Part shown: piece after piece, positions 9,017 through 18,876 of the stretch | Layout: each line of letters starts with the position of its first letter | How positions within the stretch are numbered: position 1 is the first letter of the stretch | Assembly: GCA_043821705.1 (NCBI GenBank) | Contig: JBDRCN010000016.1 | Location: 1-52,753, forward strand | DNA: 52,753 bases | Origin: Candidatus Omnitrophota bacterium | GTDB taxonomy: Bacteria > Omnitrophota > Gorgyraeia > Gorgyraeales > Gorgyraeaceae | Direction: 5' to 3' | Made by a program: the position numbers and the translations under genes | Notes under the pieces: generated by a model | The model's input: only the letters and a program-made list of their open reading frames with translations | What the model was told of the DNA's origin: nothing | Database searches by the model: none

Positions 9017-10189
9017 ATGTATCCGGATAAAAGAGGTAAATTTAAGGAATTTGGGGGGAAATTTGTCCCTGAGACGCTAATGGTAGCGCTCGAAGAATTA
9101 GAAAAGGAATATAAGATCGCCCTAAAGGACTCTAGATTTAAAAAAGATCTAGATAACCTTCTAGCGGTCTACGCAGGAAGACCAACATCGCTTTACTTTG
9201 CAAAGAATCTATCTAAAAAAGCAGGTTGTAAGATCTACTTAAAAAGAGAAGACCTTCTCCATACAGGAGCGCATAAGATAAACAATACTTTAGGCCAAGC
9301 TCTGTTAGCAGTTAAGATGGGTAAAAAACGCCTTATTGCTGAGACAGGGGCAGGGCAGCACGGAGTCGCTACTGCTACAGCAGCAGCAGTGTTCAGCCTC
9401 CCATGTGAAGTCTACATGGGAATAGAAGACATTGAGCGGCAAGCGCTAAATGTATTTAAAATGAAACTCTTGGGCGCAAAAGTTATACCAGTATATTCAG
9501 GAAGCAGAACGCTTAAAGATGCTACTAACGAAGCTATAAGAGATTGGGTCACAAATGTCAGGAACACTCATTACATAATAGGCTCTGTCGTTGGGCCCCA
9601 TCCTTATCCAGCAATGGTAAGGGATTTTCAGGCTATTATCGGGAAAGAAACTAAAAAAGATATTCTAAAATATGAAAAAAGACTTCCTGATTACATAGTT
9701 GCATGCGTAGGAGGAGGGAGTAATGCTATTGGCATCTTCCATGCATTCTTCAATACCAAGGTTAAATTTATCGGAGTAGAAGCAGGTGGCCTGGGATTAG
9801 GTACTAAGAAACATGGCGCAGCACTCTGTAAAGGTGAGCCAGGGATCCTCCATGGATCAAAAAGTTATTTGCTTCAGGACAAAGGAGGCCAGATAACAGT
9901 TGCTCATTCAATATCAGCTGGTCTTGACTATCCAGGAGTAGGGCCTGAACATTCATATTATAAGACTATAAAAAGAGCGCAGTATGTTGCAGTAAGTGAT
10001 AAAGAAGCGCTTGTAGGCTTTAAGATGCTAAGCGAACTAGAAGGCATCATACCAGCACTAGAACCGTCTCATGCGATCTATTATGCAGTCAAAAGGCTGG
10101 CTCCAAAATTAAGTAAAAACAAAACTATCGTAGTCTGTCTATCAGGAAGAGGCGACAAGGACATAGATATTATAAAAAAATATATGTAG
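9017..10189 (+). CDS. trpB: Tryptophan synthase beta chain
   Basis: HTGAHKINN (PLP lysine), [14 protein letters not shown] and SGRGDKD. Confidence 0.98.
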   Translation: MYPDKRGKFKEFGGKFVPETLMVALEELEKEYKIALKDSRFKKDLDNLLAVYAGRPTSLYFAKNLSKKAGCKIYLKREDLLHTGAHKINNTLGQALLAVKMGKKRLIAETGAGQHGVATATAAAVFSLPCEVYMGIEDIERQALNVFKMKLLGAKVIPVYSGSRTLKDATNEAIRDWVTNVRNTHYIIGSVVGPHPYPAMVRDFQAIIGKETKKDILKYEKRLPDYIVACVGGGSNAIGIFHAFFNTKVKFIGVEAGGLGLGTKKHGAALCKGEPGILHGSKSYLLQDKGGQITVAHSISAGLDYPGVGPEHSYYKTIKRAQYVAVSDKEALVGFKMLSELEGIIPALEPSHAIYYAVKRLAPKLSKNKTIVVCLSGRGDKDIDIIKKYM

Positions 10190-10272
10190 TTATTAGTTTT
10201 TAGTTGTTGGTTGTTAGAAAAACATCTAAGACCTGCAATCTAAAAACTAAAATCTAACAACTAATAACTAAA
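10186..10272. repeat. Heptamer-built hairpin, (TAGTTRT)n / (AACAACT)n-like
   Basis: TAGTTATTAGTTTTTAGTTGTTGGTTGTTAG followed by CTAAAAACTAAAATCTAACAACTAATAACTA. Begins at the trpB TAG stop. Confidence 0.75.
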
Positions 10273-10275
10273 GCC

Positions 10276-11067
10276 ATGAATAGGATTGATAAAAAATTCG
10301 GAGAATTAAAACAAAAGAAAAAAAAGGCTTTCATCAGTTTTATAATGGCTGGGGACCCGAACCTAGCTACCACAAAAAAACTTGTGCTTGAGCTAGAGAA
10401 TAGCGGAGTTGACATTATTGAGCTCGGAGTACCTTTTTCTGACCCTCTAGCAGACGGTCCTACTATCCAAAGGTCATCCGAGAGAGCTCTTAAGAAAAAA
10501 GTAACATTAGATTCAGTCTTTAAGCTGGTTAGAGAGTTAAGATCAAAGACTAATATCCCAATAGCATTCCTGATGTATTACAACTTGATCCACTATTATG
10601 GATTAGAAAAATTTGTAAAAAAAGCTGTTTCTTCCGGGGTAGATGGCGTGATCATCCCTGACCTGCCGCCTGAAGAATCAAAAGAACTTTCTTTAAGTGC
10701 AAAAAAGCACAAACTCTCGATAATATACCTGGCTGCACCTACTAGCTCAAAAGAAAGGTTAGTAAAGATCTCTCAAGCCTCGACAAGTTTTATATATTAT
10801 GTCTCGCTCACTGGTACTACTGGGGTTAGAAAAAAACTCCCAAAAGAAATATTCAATAACCTAAGAGAGATAAAAAAGATCACACGCAAACCCATATGTG
10901 TAGGTTTTGGTATTTCTACATCGGAGCAGGTTAAAAAAATATCCAGATTAGCTGACGGGGCTATCGTAGGAAGTGCTATCATAAAAGTTATTGAAAAAAA
11001 TGCTAGGAAAAAAGATATAGTAAAAATAGTAGGAAGATTTGTAAAGAAACTTAGTTCAGCAGTTTAA
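10276..11067 (+). CDS. trpA: Tryptophan synthase alpha chain
   Basis: ELGVPFSDPLADGPTIQ, GTTG and DGAIVGSA. Confidence 0.98.
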   Translation: MNRIDKKFGELKQKKKKAFISFIMAGDPNLATTKKLVLELENSGVDIIELGVPFSDPLADGPTIQRSSERALKKKVTLDSVFKLVRELRSKTNIPIAFLMYYNLIHYYGLEKFVKKAVSSGVDGVIIPDLPPEESKELSLSAKKHKLSIIYLAAPTSSKERLVKISQASTSFIYYVSLTGTTGVRKKLPKEIFNNLREIKKITRKPICVGFGISTSEQVKKISRLADGAIVGSAIIKVIEKNARKKDIVKIVGRFVKKLSSAV

Positions 11068-11087
11068 CATCTTTTATGGAGGAATAA

Positions 11088-12143
11088 ATGTACGCAGTAA
11101 TAATGGCAGGAGGAAAAGGCGAAAGGTTATGGCCTAAGAGTGCGCGTGGAAAAGCAAAACATTGTCTTAGCTTCGGCACTAGGAATGTGATGATAAAAGA
11201 GACTATTAAAAGACTAAAAGACAGTATAAACCCCCAGAACTTATTTCTCATAACAACTAAAAGCCAGTACAAGTCTCTAAAGCCCTACGTCTCTGATATA
11301 GATAAAAAGAATATAATACTCGAACCAGAAGGAAGGGATACAGCTTGCGCCATATGCCTGGCAGCCCTTACTATACAAAAAAGATTCGGTGATCAAACCA
11401 TGATAGTGCTTCCTGCTGACCATATCATCAAGGCCTCAAAGGCATTTTCGCAGGACCTATTGTTCGCGGACAAGATCGCTAGCGCTTCACCATCCCTGGT
11501 CACTTTAGGTATAAGACCAAAATATGCTTCTGTTGGCTATGGTTATATTAAAACTGGAAAGAAGATGCCCGGATATTACGCTGTCAAAAGATTTATTGAA
11601 AAACCTAAAAAGAAAAATGCTGAAAAATTTTCCAAGAAAAAAGATTATCTTTGGAATAGCGGCATCTTTATCTGGAAGACAAGTTCTATACTAAACGCAT
11701 TAAAAAAACATACTCCGAAACTATATTACAGCCTAAAGGATACAATAAAATTCGATGGCAAGCGGGGATTTGCCCTAAAACTACAGAACTGCTACAGAGA
11801 TATAAAACCTGTCTCTATAGATTACGCTGTTATGGAACCTACGACCAAAAGCAAGGCCCAAAAGATACTATGCATCAAATCCAGTTTTGACTGGATAGAT
11901 ATAGGATCATGGTCTAGCGTAGAAGAGATATATGATAAAGATCCTTCTGGGAACATCGTACTGGCAAACACGAGCCTCTTGGATGTGAAAAACTCTATAG
12001 TCATCGGGGAGATGGATCATAAGGTAGGAGTGATAGGCCTAAAAGACATCATTATAGTGCAGACAAAGTCAGGAACGCTTATTTGTAATAAAAACAGGGC
12101 TCAGGACGTAAAGACTCTTGTCAAAAGTTTTAACCATGCCTAG
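11088..12143 (+). CDS. manC: Mannose-1-phosphate guanylyltransferase (short form, no PMI domain)
   Basis: VIMAGGKGERLWPKS, EPEGRDTA, PADH, WNSGIF and WIDIGSW. Confidence 0.92.
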   Translation: MYAVIMAGGKGERLWPKSARGKAKHCLSFGTRNVMIKETIKRLKDSINPQNLFLITTKSQYKSLKPYVSDIDKKNIILEPEGRDTACAICLAALTIQKRFGDQTMIVLPADHIIKASKAFSQDLLFADKIASASPSLVTLGIRPKYASVGYGYIKTGKKMPGYYAVKRFIEKPKKKNAEKFSKKKDYLWNSGIFIWKTSSILNALKKHTPKLYYSLKDTIKFDGKRGFALKLQNCYRDIKPVSIDYAVMEPTTKSKAQKILCIKSSFDWIDIGSWSSVEEIYDKDPSGNIVLANTSLLDVKNSIVIGEMDHKVGVIGLKDIIIVQTKSGTLICNKNRAQDVKTLVKSFNHA

Positions 12144-12549
12144 GATAATCGGCCTTGATGTCGGCGAAAAAAGAGTAGGAGTAGCTGTAAGCGATGCGCT
12201 CAATATCACAGCCCAAGGTATAGATACAATAGAAAGAAAGAACGATTCAGTTCTGCTGGAAAAGATCAGATCTTTAGTAAAAGAATATGAAGTTTCTAAA
12301 ATAATCGTCGGCATGCCTCTCAATATGAACGGCTCAAAAGGGAAAAGCGCGCTTGCCATTCGAGACTTTTCTGATAAATTAAAGCATGAACTTAAGATAG
12401 ACATTGAGTTAATAGATGAGCGGCTGACATCCGCGCAAGGCGAGAGACTTTTAATACAAGCTGATGTCTCAAGGAAAAAAAGAAAACTCGCGATCGACAA
12501 GATAGCAGCACAATTAATATTACAGACATATCTGGACTCTGATGTATAA
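12136..12549 (+). CDS. yqgF: RuvX/YqgF pre-16S rRNA nuclease
   Basis: GLDVGEKRVGVAVSD, DERLTS and IDKIAAQLILQTYL; ATG at 12136. Confidence 0.93.
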   Translation: MPRIIGLDVGEKRVGVAVSDALNITAQGIDTIERKNDSVLLEKIRSLVKEYEVSKIIVGMPLNMNGSKGKSALAIRDFSDKLKHELKIDIELIDERLTSAQGERLLIQADVSRKKRKLAIDKIAAQLILQTYLDSDV

Positions 12550-13810
12550 AAAAATAGACCTCAAAAACAATGTTAGATTAGTGCTTAATCATATGCCCAA
12601 GATGGAATCTGCATCTATCGGCATATGGGTAGCTACTGGTTCTAGGGACGAGGATAAAGAGCTCTCAGGTATATCGCATTTCCTTGAGCACATGATATTC
12701 AAAGGAACTCCTTCAAGAAGCACTCGTGACATAAAAGAAGAGATCGAAGGAAGAGGTGGTTCCTTGAACGGATTTACATCAGAAGAGCTTACGTGTTATT
12801 TAGCAAAGGTGTCCCACGAACATGTAGGTATTGCAATAGACGTATTATCAGACATGGCGCTCTACGCCAGCATTAATAGTAAAGAAGTAGAAAAAGAGCG
12901 CAATGTAATAATAGAAGAGATCAAGATGTACGAAGACCTCCCAAATCACTTGGTGCACGATGTTCTCCATGAGATGATGTGGCCTGAACATGCATTGGGC
13001 AGGAATATTGCTGGGGATATAAAAACAGTCTCACGCATCGGAAGAAAAGAGCTCGTCTCCTATAAAAGGTCTGCTTACATACCTAAGAACATGGCAGTAG
13101 TCATATGCGGGAACCTAAAAACAGGCAAAATAATAAAAAAAGTAAAGAAGATATTTGATTCAAGAGACTCTTTAAAGCCAAAAGATATAATAGAATTTAA
13201 GAACAACCAATCTGAGGCAAAAATACGGATATTTAATAAAGACACTGCTCAATCCAGGCTTTCTATGGGCATACATGCCTTTGGCAAACTACACAAAGAC
13301 AGGTACGCCTTAAGTCTATTACATATAATACTAGGAGCGAACATGTCGTCCAGGCTCTTCGATAACCTCAGAGAAAAAAGAGGCCTAGCGTATGAGATAG
13401 GCACAGAGATAAAAAAATACAAAGACACAGGGGCCTTTGTCGTAAATGCTGGCATGGAGCATGCGAAAGTAAAAGAAGGCGTCTCTCTAATATTAAAAGA
13501 ACTAAAAAAGATAAAAAACCATCCTGTGCCAAAAAATGAACTAAAAAGGGCAAAAGAGTTTTTTAAGGTCCAAGTACTCTTGGCTCTAGAAGATACCATG
13601 GACCATATGCTTTGGCTAGGCGAAAAGACCATGACCCAGGATAAGCTGCCGAATAAAAATAGGTTAATAAAAAAGATAACATCCCTTACATCTGGCGACC
13701 TGCAACGTGTTGCGAGAGATGTCTTTAAAAAAGAGAACCTAAATATTGCTATTGTCGGGCCTATGAAAGATAAAGAAAAAGATTCTATAGAAAGTAGTAT
13801 CGATCTATAA
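12542..13810 (+). CDS. M16 family zinc peptidase (pitrilysin/MPP-like)
   Basis: Inverted zincin motif HFLEH, GGSLNGFTSEE and SSRLFDNLREKRGLAY. Confidence 0.92.
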   Translation: MYKKIDLKNNVRLVLNHMPKMESASIGIWVATGSRDEDKELSGISHFLEHMIFKGTPSRSTRDIKEEIEGRGGSLNGFTSEELTCYLAKVSHEHVGIAIDVLSDMALYASINSKEVEKERNVIIEEIKMYEDLPNHLVHDVLHEMMWPEHALGRNIAGDIKTVSRIGRKELVSYKRSAYIPKNMAVVICGNLKTGKIIKKVKKIFDSRDSLKPKDIIEFKNNQSEAKIRIFNKDTAQSRLSMGIHAFGKLHKDRYALSLLHIILGANMSSRLFDNLREKRGLAYEIGTEIKKYKDTGAFVVNAGMEHAKVKEGVSLILKELKKIKNHPVPKNELKRAKEFFKVQVLLALEDTMDHMLWLGEKTMTQDKLPNKNRLIKKITSLTSGDLQRVARDVFKKENLNIAIVGPMKDKEKDSIESSIDL

Positions 13811-13825
13811 TACCGGAGACTTATT

Positions 13826-14539
13826 ATGAAAAAGATTATGATAGCCCCAAGTATACTCTCCTGCGATTTTTCAATATTAAAGGATGAGTTGAAAAAAATA
13901 GAAGATTCTGGAGCTGATATGGTGCACATAGATGTGATGGATGGCAATTTTGTGCCAAATATCACCATAGGACCTCTCATAGTAGAGGCAATAAAGAAAA
14001 ACACAAGGTTACCGCTAGATACTCATCTCATGATAGCGAATCCCCAGAAATTCGTCCCAGCTTTTATAGAAGCTGGCAGCGACATAGTGACTATACACGC
14101 GGAAGCATTTGCAAAAAAGACAAGCCCATCAAGTCTTACTAAAGGAATGTCATTCTCTGTCAATGAGATAGATGAATATAGGCTACAAGAGGCCTTGTCA
14201 TTAATAAAAGATAAAGGGAAAAAAGCTGGGGTATCCTTAAACCCAGATTCAAGTTTCTGCATAAAAGGCATTCTCAAGGACATAGATATGATACTTCTTA
14301 TGTCAGTGCATCCAGGGTTTGGCGGACAAAAATTTATTGAAAAGGTCATCCCTAAGATAAAAGAAGCAAGATCATTGTATGAGGGAGATATACAAGTAGA
14401 CGGCGGCATAAATGATAAAAATGTCTCATCAGCGGTTGAGGCTGGAGCAAATATCATAGTAGCAGGGTCTTATTTTTTTAGCGCGAAAGACCCGAAGGAA
14501 GCAGTAAATAAATTACGCATAAAAACAGAAAGTTCGTGA
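13826..14539 (+). CDS. rpe: Ribulose-phosphate 3-epimerase
   Basis: IAPSIL, HIDVMDGNFVPN, MSVHPGFGGQ and VDGG. Confidence 0.96.
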   Translation: MKKIMIAPSILSCDFSILKDELKKIEDSGADMVHIDVMDGNFVPNITIGPLIVEAIKKNTRLPLDTHLMIANPQKFVPAFIEAGSDIVTIHAEAFAKKTSPSSLTKGMSFSVNEIDEYRLQEALSLIKDKGKKAGVSLNPDSSFCIKGILKDIDMILLMSVHPGFGGQKFIEKVIPKIKEARSLYEGDIQVDGGINDKNVSSAVEAGANIIVAGSYFFSAKDPKEAVNKLRIKTESS

Positions 14540-14592
14540 ACCGTGATTCGTGAATCGTAAACGGATCACGGATTACGCATTACAGATTACGA
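14535..14592. repeat. Heptamer-built palindrome (CGTGAWY)4(RRATYAC)4, copy 1
   Basis: 53/58 identical by eye to 22886-22943; contains the rpe stop codon. Confidence 0.9.
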
Positions 14593-14608
14593 GAAGGGAG
14601 CTTTAAAA

Positions 14609-16006
14609 ATGTCGATAAAATTCGGCACCGATGGATGGAGAGCAGTAATCTCAGAGGATTTTACATTTGAAAACGTACGGATAGTCGCACAAGCTATCGC
14701 TGATCATTATAAAAAAGGCGCAAGGCTTGTTGTCGGATATGACTGGCGTTTTTTATCAGAAAAATATGCGGAACTAGTCGCTTGCGTGCTAGCTGCGAAC
14801 GGAATAAAGGTCTTTTTGTCTGACAAGGCGACGCCTACGCCTTTTGTAAGCCTAGTTATAAAAAATAAAAAATTATCCGGCGGTATCGCTATAACAGCTA
14901 GTCACAATCCTCCAACTTATAATGGTATAAAGATCAAGGCTTATTATTCCTCTACAGCTGACGAGACAATAACAAGATCTGTAGAATCATTCATAGGCAA
15001 AAATGAAATAAAGACCATTGCCTTCGAAGAAGCGCTGGCATCAAAGGCGATCGAGATAATAGATCTAAAAAAAGATTATCTAAAATTTGTCAGATCTTAC
15101 ATCGACTTGGATGTCTTAAAAAAATCTAAGGCAAATATCTTGGTGGACAGCATGCATGGTGTAGGTTCAGGATATATAAAAGAAGTGCTTTCTGACACCT
15201 CCATAAAGGTCACTGAGATGCGAGCAAATAGAGACCCATTATTTGGAGGCGTGAACCCAGAACCTATACCTAAAAATATAGAAGACACCGCTAAGAACAT
15301 GAAAAAAGGAAGGTACGACCTATGCATAATAAATGACGGCGATGCTGACAGGATCGCTGCTATGATGCCGGACGGCACGTTTTTAGGCGCAGGAAAGATC
15401 ATGGCGCTACTTTTGCTTCATTTTATTGAAGACAAAAAATGGACTGGATCTGTAGTAAAAACACTGACAAACACATCGTTCATAGACAGGATAGCAAAAA
15501 AATACAAACTAAAGCTACACGAGACCCCTGTCGGATTTAAGTATGTCTGCAAGATAATACTAGAAGAAGATGTCTTGATCGGCGGTGAAGAGTCGGGCGG
15601 GATAAGCGTAAAGAACTATATACCCGAAAGAGATGGTATACTTCTGGGCATACTTCTTATTGAGATGATGGCTCACAGAAAAAAAGGTATCTTGGAAATA
15701 ATGAAAGAAGCTGAAAAAGAATACGGTGTCTATTGTTATAGAAGGGATGACATAGAATATCCTAGCAGCAAAAAGAAAAAATTAATGGAATATCTGAAGA
15801 AAACCCCGCCAAAAGATATTTTAGGGAAATCTGTCAAGGAGCTAAAGTCATATGATGGCTTCAAGTTTATACTGGAAGATGGCAGCTGGCTTATCTTAAG
15901 GCTCTCTGGGACAGAACCTATACTTAGGATATATGCTGAAGCGTTCACTGATAAAGAAGTGCTTAAATATCTGGCGTTTGGAAAAGAACTAGCCTTGAAC
16001 CTGTAA
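14609..16006 (+). CDS. Phosphoglucomutase/phosphomannomutase family protein
   Basis: FGTDGWR, ITASHNP, DGDADR, GEESGG and RLSGTEP. Confidence 0.93.
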   Translation: MSIKFGTDGWRAVISEDFTFENVRIVAQAIADHYKKGARLVVGYDWRFLSEKYAELVACVLAANGIKVFLSDKATPTPFVSLVIKNKKLSGGIAITASHNPPTYNGIKIKAYYSSTADETITRSVESFIGKNEIKTIAFEEALASKAIEIIDLKKDYLKFVRSYIDLDVLKKSKANILVDSMHGVGSGYIKEVLSDTSIKVTEMRANRDPLFGGVNPEPIPKNIEDTAKNMKKGRYDLCIINDGDADRIAAMMPDGTFLGAGKIMALLLLHFIEDKKWTGSVVKTLTNTSFIDRIAKKYKLKLHETPVGFKYVCKIILEEDVLIGGEESGGISVKNYIPERDGILLGILLIEMMAHRKKGILEIMKEAEKEYGVYCYRRDDIEYPSSKKKKLMEYLKKTPPKDILGKSVKELKSYDGFKFILEDGSWLILRLSGTEPILRIYAEAFTDKEVLKYLAFGKELALNL

Positions 16007-16021
16007 TCTGAAAAAAGTAGG

Positions 16022-17821
16022 ATGAGAATGGATAGAAAGAAGATCAGGAATTTCTGCATAATCGCTCACATAGACCATGGCAAATCCACGTTAGCTGATA
16101 GATTGTTGCAGTTTACTCATACTATTGACGGCAGAAAATTCAGAGAACAACTCCTGGATGACATGGATCTGGAACGCGAACGCGGTATTACCATCAAAGC
16201 CAGTGCAGTAAGGATGTCCTATAAAGCAAAAGATGGTGAGATCTATGAATTGAACCTCATAGATACGCCAGGACACGTTGATTTCAGTTTTGAGGTCTCA
16301 AAATCTCTTTCAGCATGTGAAGGAGCTATACTTTTGGTCGACGCTGCTCAAGGAGTCGAGGCTCAGACTGTGGCCAACCTCCAACAAGCACTTGACAAAG
16401 GCCTTAAGATAATTCCTGTCGTAAATAAGATAGACCTACAAAACGCTGAGCCAGACAGAGTAAAAGAAGAGATCAAAAGCATATTAAAATTAGAAGAAGA
16501 GAATGTCATATTGGCTAGTGCCAAAGAAGGGGTAGGCACAGAAGAGATACTGGAAAGAATAATAAAAGAAGTCCCTCCTCCAGAAGGTGATTCAAAAGAA
16601 CCCTTGCAGGCCTTGATATTTGATTCTATGTATAACAGTTATAAAGGTGTGATTATATATCTCAGGGTGGTAAACGGTGTCATTTCCAAGGGTATGCACA
16701 TAAAGATGATGTCTTCTTCAAAGAAATATGAGATCCAGGAAATAGGTATATTGAATCCCTCTATGGAACCACTTGAAAGTCTATCTTGCGGAGAAGTCGG
16801 TTACATAACCTGTCAGATAAAAGAAGCAAAAGATGTGACCAACGGAGACACTGTCACTGAATGGGGAAAGCCTGCTAAAGAAGCTCTCCCTGGCTACAGG
16901 CAGATAAAGCCCATGGTATTCTGCGGCATCTATCCAGTAAACTCAAAAGATTTTAATTCATTAAAAAATGCTGTAGCTAAATTAAAACTGAGCGATGCTT
17001 CATTCTTATTCGAAGTAGAAAGCTCTCAATCTCTTGGGTTTGGTTATAGATGCGGTTTTCTAGGGCTTCTACATATGGAAATAGTCCAGGAAAGGCTTGA
17101 GAGAGAATACGACCTGGACCTAGTACTTACCACGCCCAGTGTGGTATATAAAGTCCTGGATAAAAAGGGCAAAAAAATAGATGTAGATAACCCTAACAAA
17201 CTCCCTGAACCTCAGAATATCGTAGAGATAGATGAACCATATGCTATATGCTATCTGATGATCCCCCAAGACACGCTTAGTATGATAATCGATTTCTGTA
17301 AGACAAAAAGAGGGGAATATAGATCGACTGAATATCTGTCCCTTGACAAGATAAAACTTGTGTTTGAGATGCCTCTCTCTGAAATAATAGTAGACTTCTA
17401 CGATAAGATAAAATCTATGACAAGAGGCTATGGATCACTGGATTATGAAGTGACAGGCTATAGGACAAGTGATCTTATAAAACTTGATATATTGATAAAC
17501 GGACAGATCTGCGAAGCACTATCTTCGATCGTACATAGAGAAAAATCTGATTTTAAGGGAAGGTCTTTAGCTGAAAAATTAAAAGAACTGATACCCAGGC
17601 AGATGTTCGAAGTAATAATCCAGGCTGCTATTGGCAGTAAGATCCTTGCCAGAAGCAGGGTAGGTCCTCTTTCAAAAAATGTGACCAGTAAATGTTATGG
17701 TGGGGATATCACGCGCAAAAGAAAGTTATGGGAAAAACAAAAAGAAGGTAAAAAACGGATGAAACAGTTCGGAAAAGTCCAGATACCTCAGGAAGCTTTT
17801 TTAGCAGCTTTAAAGATCTAA
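16022..17821 (+). CDS. lepA: Elongation factor 4
   Basis: HIDHGKSTLADR, DTPGHVDF and KCYGGDITRKRKL. Confidence 0.98.
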   Translation: MRMDRKKIRNFCIIAHIDHGKSTLADRLLQFTHTIDGRKFREQLLDDMDLERERGITIKASAVRMSYKAKDGEIYELNLIDTPGHVDFSFEVSKSLSACEGAILLVDAAQGVEAQTVANLQQALDKGLKIIPVVNKIDLQNAEPDRVKEEIKSILKLEEENVILASAKEGVGTEEILERIIKEVPPPEGDSKEPLQALIFDSMYNSYKGVIIYLRVVNGVISKGMHIKMMSSSKKYEIQEIGILNPSMEPLESLSCGEVGYITCQIKEAKDVTNGDTVTEWGKPAKEALPGYRQIKPMVFCGIYPVNSKDFNSLKNAVAKLKLSDASFLFEVESSQSLGFGYRCGFLGLLHMEIVQERLEREYDLDLVLTTPSVVYKVLDKKGKKIDVDNPNKLPEPQNIVEIDEPYAICYLMIPQDTLSMIIDFCKTKRGEYRSTEYLSLDKIKLVFEMPLSEIIVDFYDKIKSMTRGYGSLDYEVTGYRTSDLIKLDILINGQICEALSSIVHREKSDFKGRSLAEKLKELIPRQMFEVIIQAAIGSKILARSRVGPLSKNVTSKCYGGDITRKRKLWEKQKEGKKRMKQFGKVQIPQEAFLAALKI

Positions 17822-17832
17822 GAAAGGGCTAT

Positions 17833-18399
17833 ATGAAATTCTATTTGAAATATGTTAAAAACGAAAAAGTGCGTTATCTCCTAAAAGAATGGGTCGAGCC
17901 TATAATCATAGCTGTTATATTAGCCTTGATAATAAGGGCTTTTGTTGTCCAGGCATTCAAGATACCTACTGGCTCTATGAGGCCTACATTGATCGAAGGC
18001 GATAGAATACTAGTAAATAAATTTATATACAGATTTAAAGAGCCTGAGAGGGGAGATGTGATGGTATTTGTGGCTCCTGAGGATAAGAAAAAAGACTTTA
18101 TAAAGAGAGTCGTTGGTTTGCCAGGAGAAAATGTCAAGATATCGAATGGTACAATATTAATAAATGACAGGGCTGTTGAAAAAAACTCAGTCATAAGAGA
18201 AAGATACTATTACAATAGAGGCGACTTTGGTAAAGAAGGTGACAATCAAAGGCTTCCGGGAGATGCTTATTATATGCTCGGGGACAACAGTATCTCAAGC
18301 CGTGATTCAAGATATTGGGGGTTCTTGCCAAGAAAGTATGTGATCGGAAAAGCATTCTTAATATACTGGCCGCCCTCTAGGATCAGGCTCATCAAATAG
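17833..18399 (+). CDS. lepB: Signal peptidase I
   Basis: IPTGSMRPTL (Ser), FIKRVVGLPGE (Lys) and GDNSISSRDSRYWG. Confidence 0.96.
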   Translation: MKFYLKYVKNEKVRYLLKEWVEPIIIAVILALIIRAFVVQAFKIPTGSMRPTLIEGDRILVNKFIYRFKEPERGDVMVFVAPEDKKKDFIKRVVGLPGENVKISNGTILINDRAVEKNSVIRERYYYNRGDFGKEGDNQRLPGDAYYMLGDNSISSRDSRYWGFLPRKYVIGKAFLIYWPPSRIRLIK

Positions 18400-18401
18400 G
18401 C

Positions 18402-18429
18402 TTGTTTATGGATAAAAAAATGATATACT
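18402..18429 (+). promoter_or_regulatory. Putative sigma70 promoter (extended -10) for the lipoprotein gene
   Basis: TTGTTT, 16-nt spacer, TG-A-TATACT. Confidence 0.5.
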
Positions 18430-18464
18430 TATTAACGGAGAGATTTAAAAAGGAGGACTATCAA

Positions 18465-18767
18465 ATGAAAAAATATTCAATACTACTATTGGTATTGGCA
18501 CTGGCTTTTGTTGTAGGCTGTACAGGCACACAAAAAGGCGCTGGTATTGGTACGCTTATAGGCGCAGGAGCAGGCGCTATAGTTGGACACCAGTCAGGCC
18601 ATGCTGCAGAAGGAGCCCTTATAGGTGGCGCAGTAGGGGCAGGCGGAGGAGCCCTTATAGGCGATGCCATGGATACTAAATTTTGCCCTGATTGCGGAGC
18701 TGATTTTACTTCAGGGGTCCAATATTGTCCAAACTGCGGCACTGAACTAAAAGCAAAACAAAAGTAA
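18465..18767 (+). CDS. Small lipoprotein: glycine zipper plus C-terminal zinc ribbon
   Basis: AGGAGG RBS, signal peptide with lipobox VVGC, GxxxG repeats and CPDC...CPNC. Confidence 0.8.
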   Translation: MKKYSILLLVLALAFVVGCTGTQKGAGIGTLIGAGAGAIVGHQSGHAAEGALIGGAVGAGGGALIGDAMDTKFCPDCGADFTSGVQYCPNCGTELKAKQK

Positions 18768-18792
18768 ACATAAACTAACTGATCAGCAACAT

Positions 18793-18827
18793 AAAGACCT
18801 CGCTATAACTAGCGGGGTCTTTTTTTG
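18793..18827 (+). terminator. Rho-independent terminator
   Basis: Stem AAAGACCTCGCTA/TAGCGGGGTCTTT followed by a T-run. Confidence 0.85.
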
Positions 18828-18876
18828 CATTTACCATCAGCGGTCCGTCTTGTCTCACCCCTATCAGCACCGCTTG

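Noticed and set aside
14535-14592. Short repeats as a possible CRISPR array (also 22886-22943 and 41004-41420)
   Set aside because: There are no regular 25-40-nt repeats with unique spacers and no cas genes in the window.
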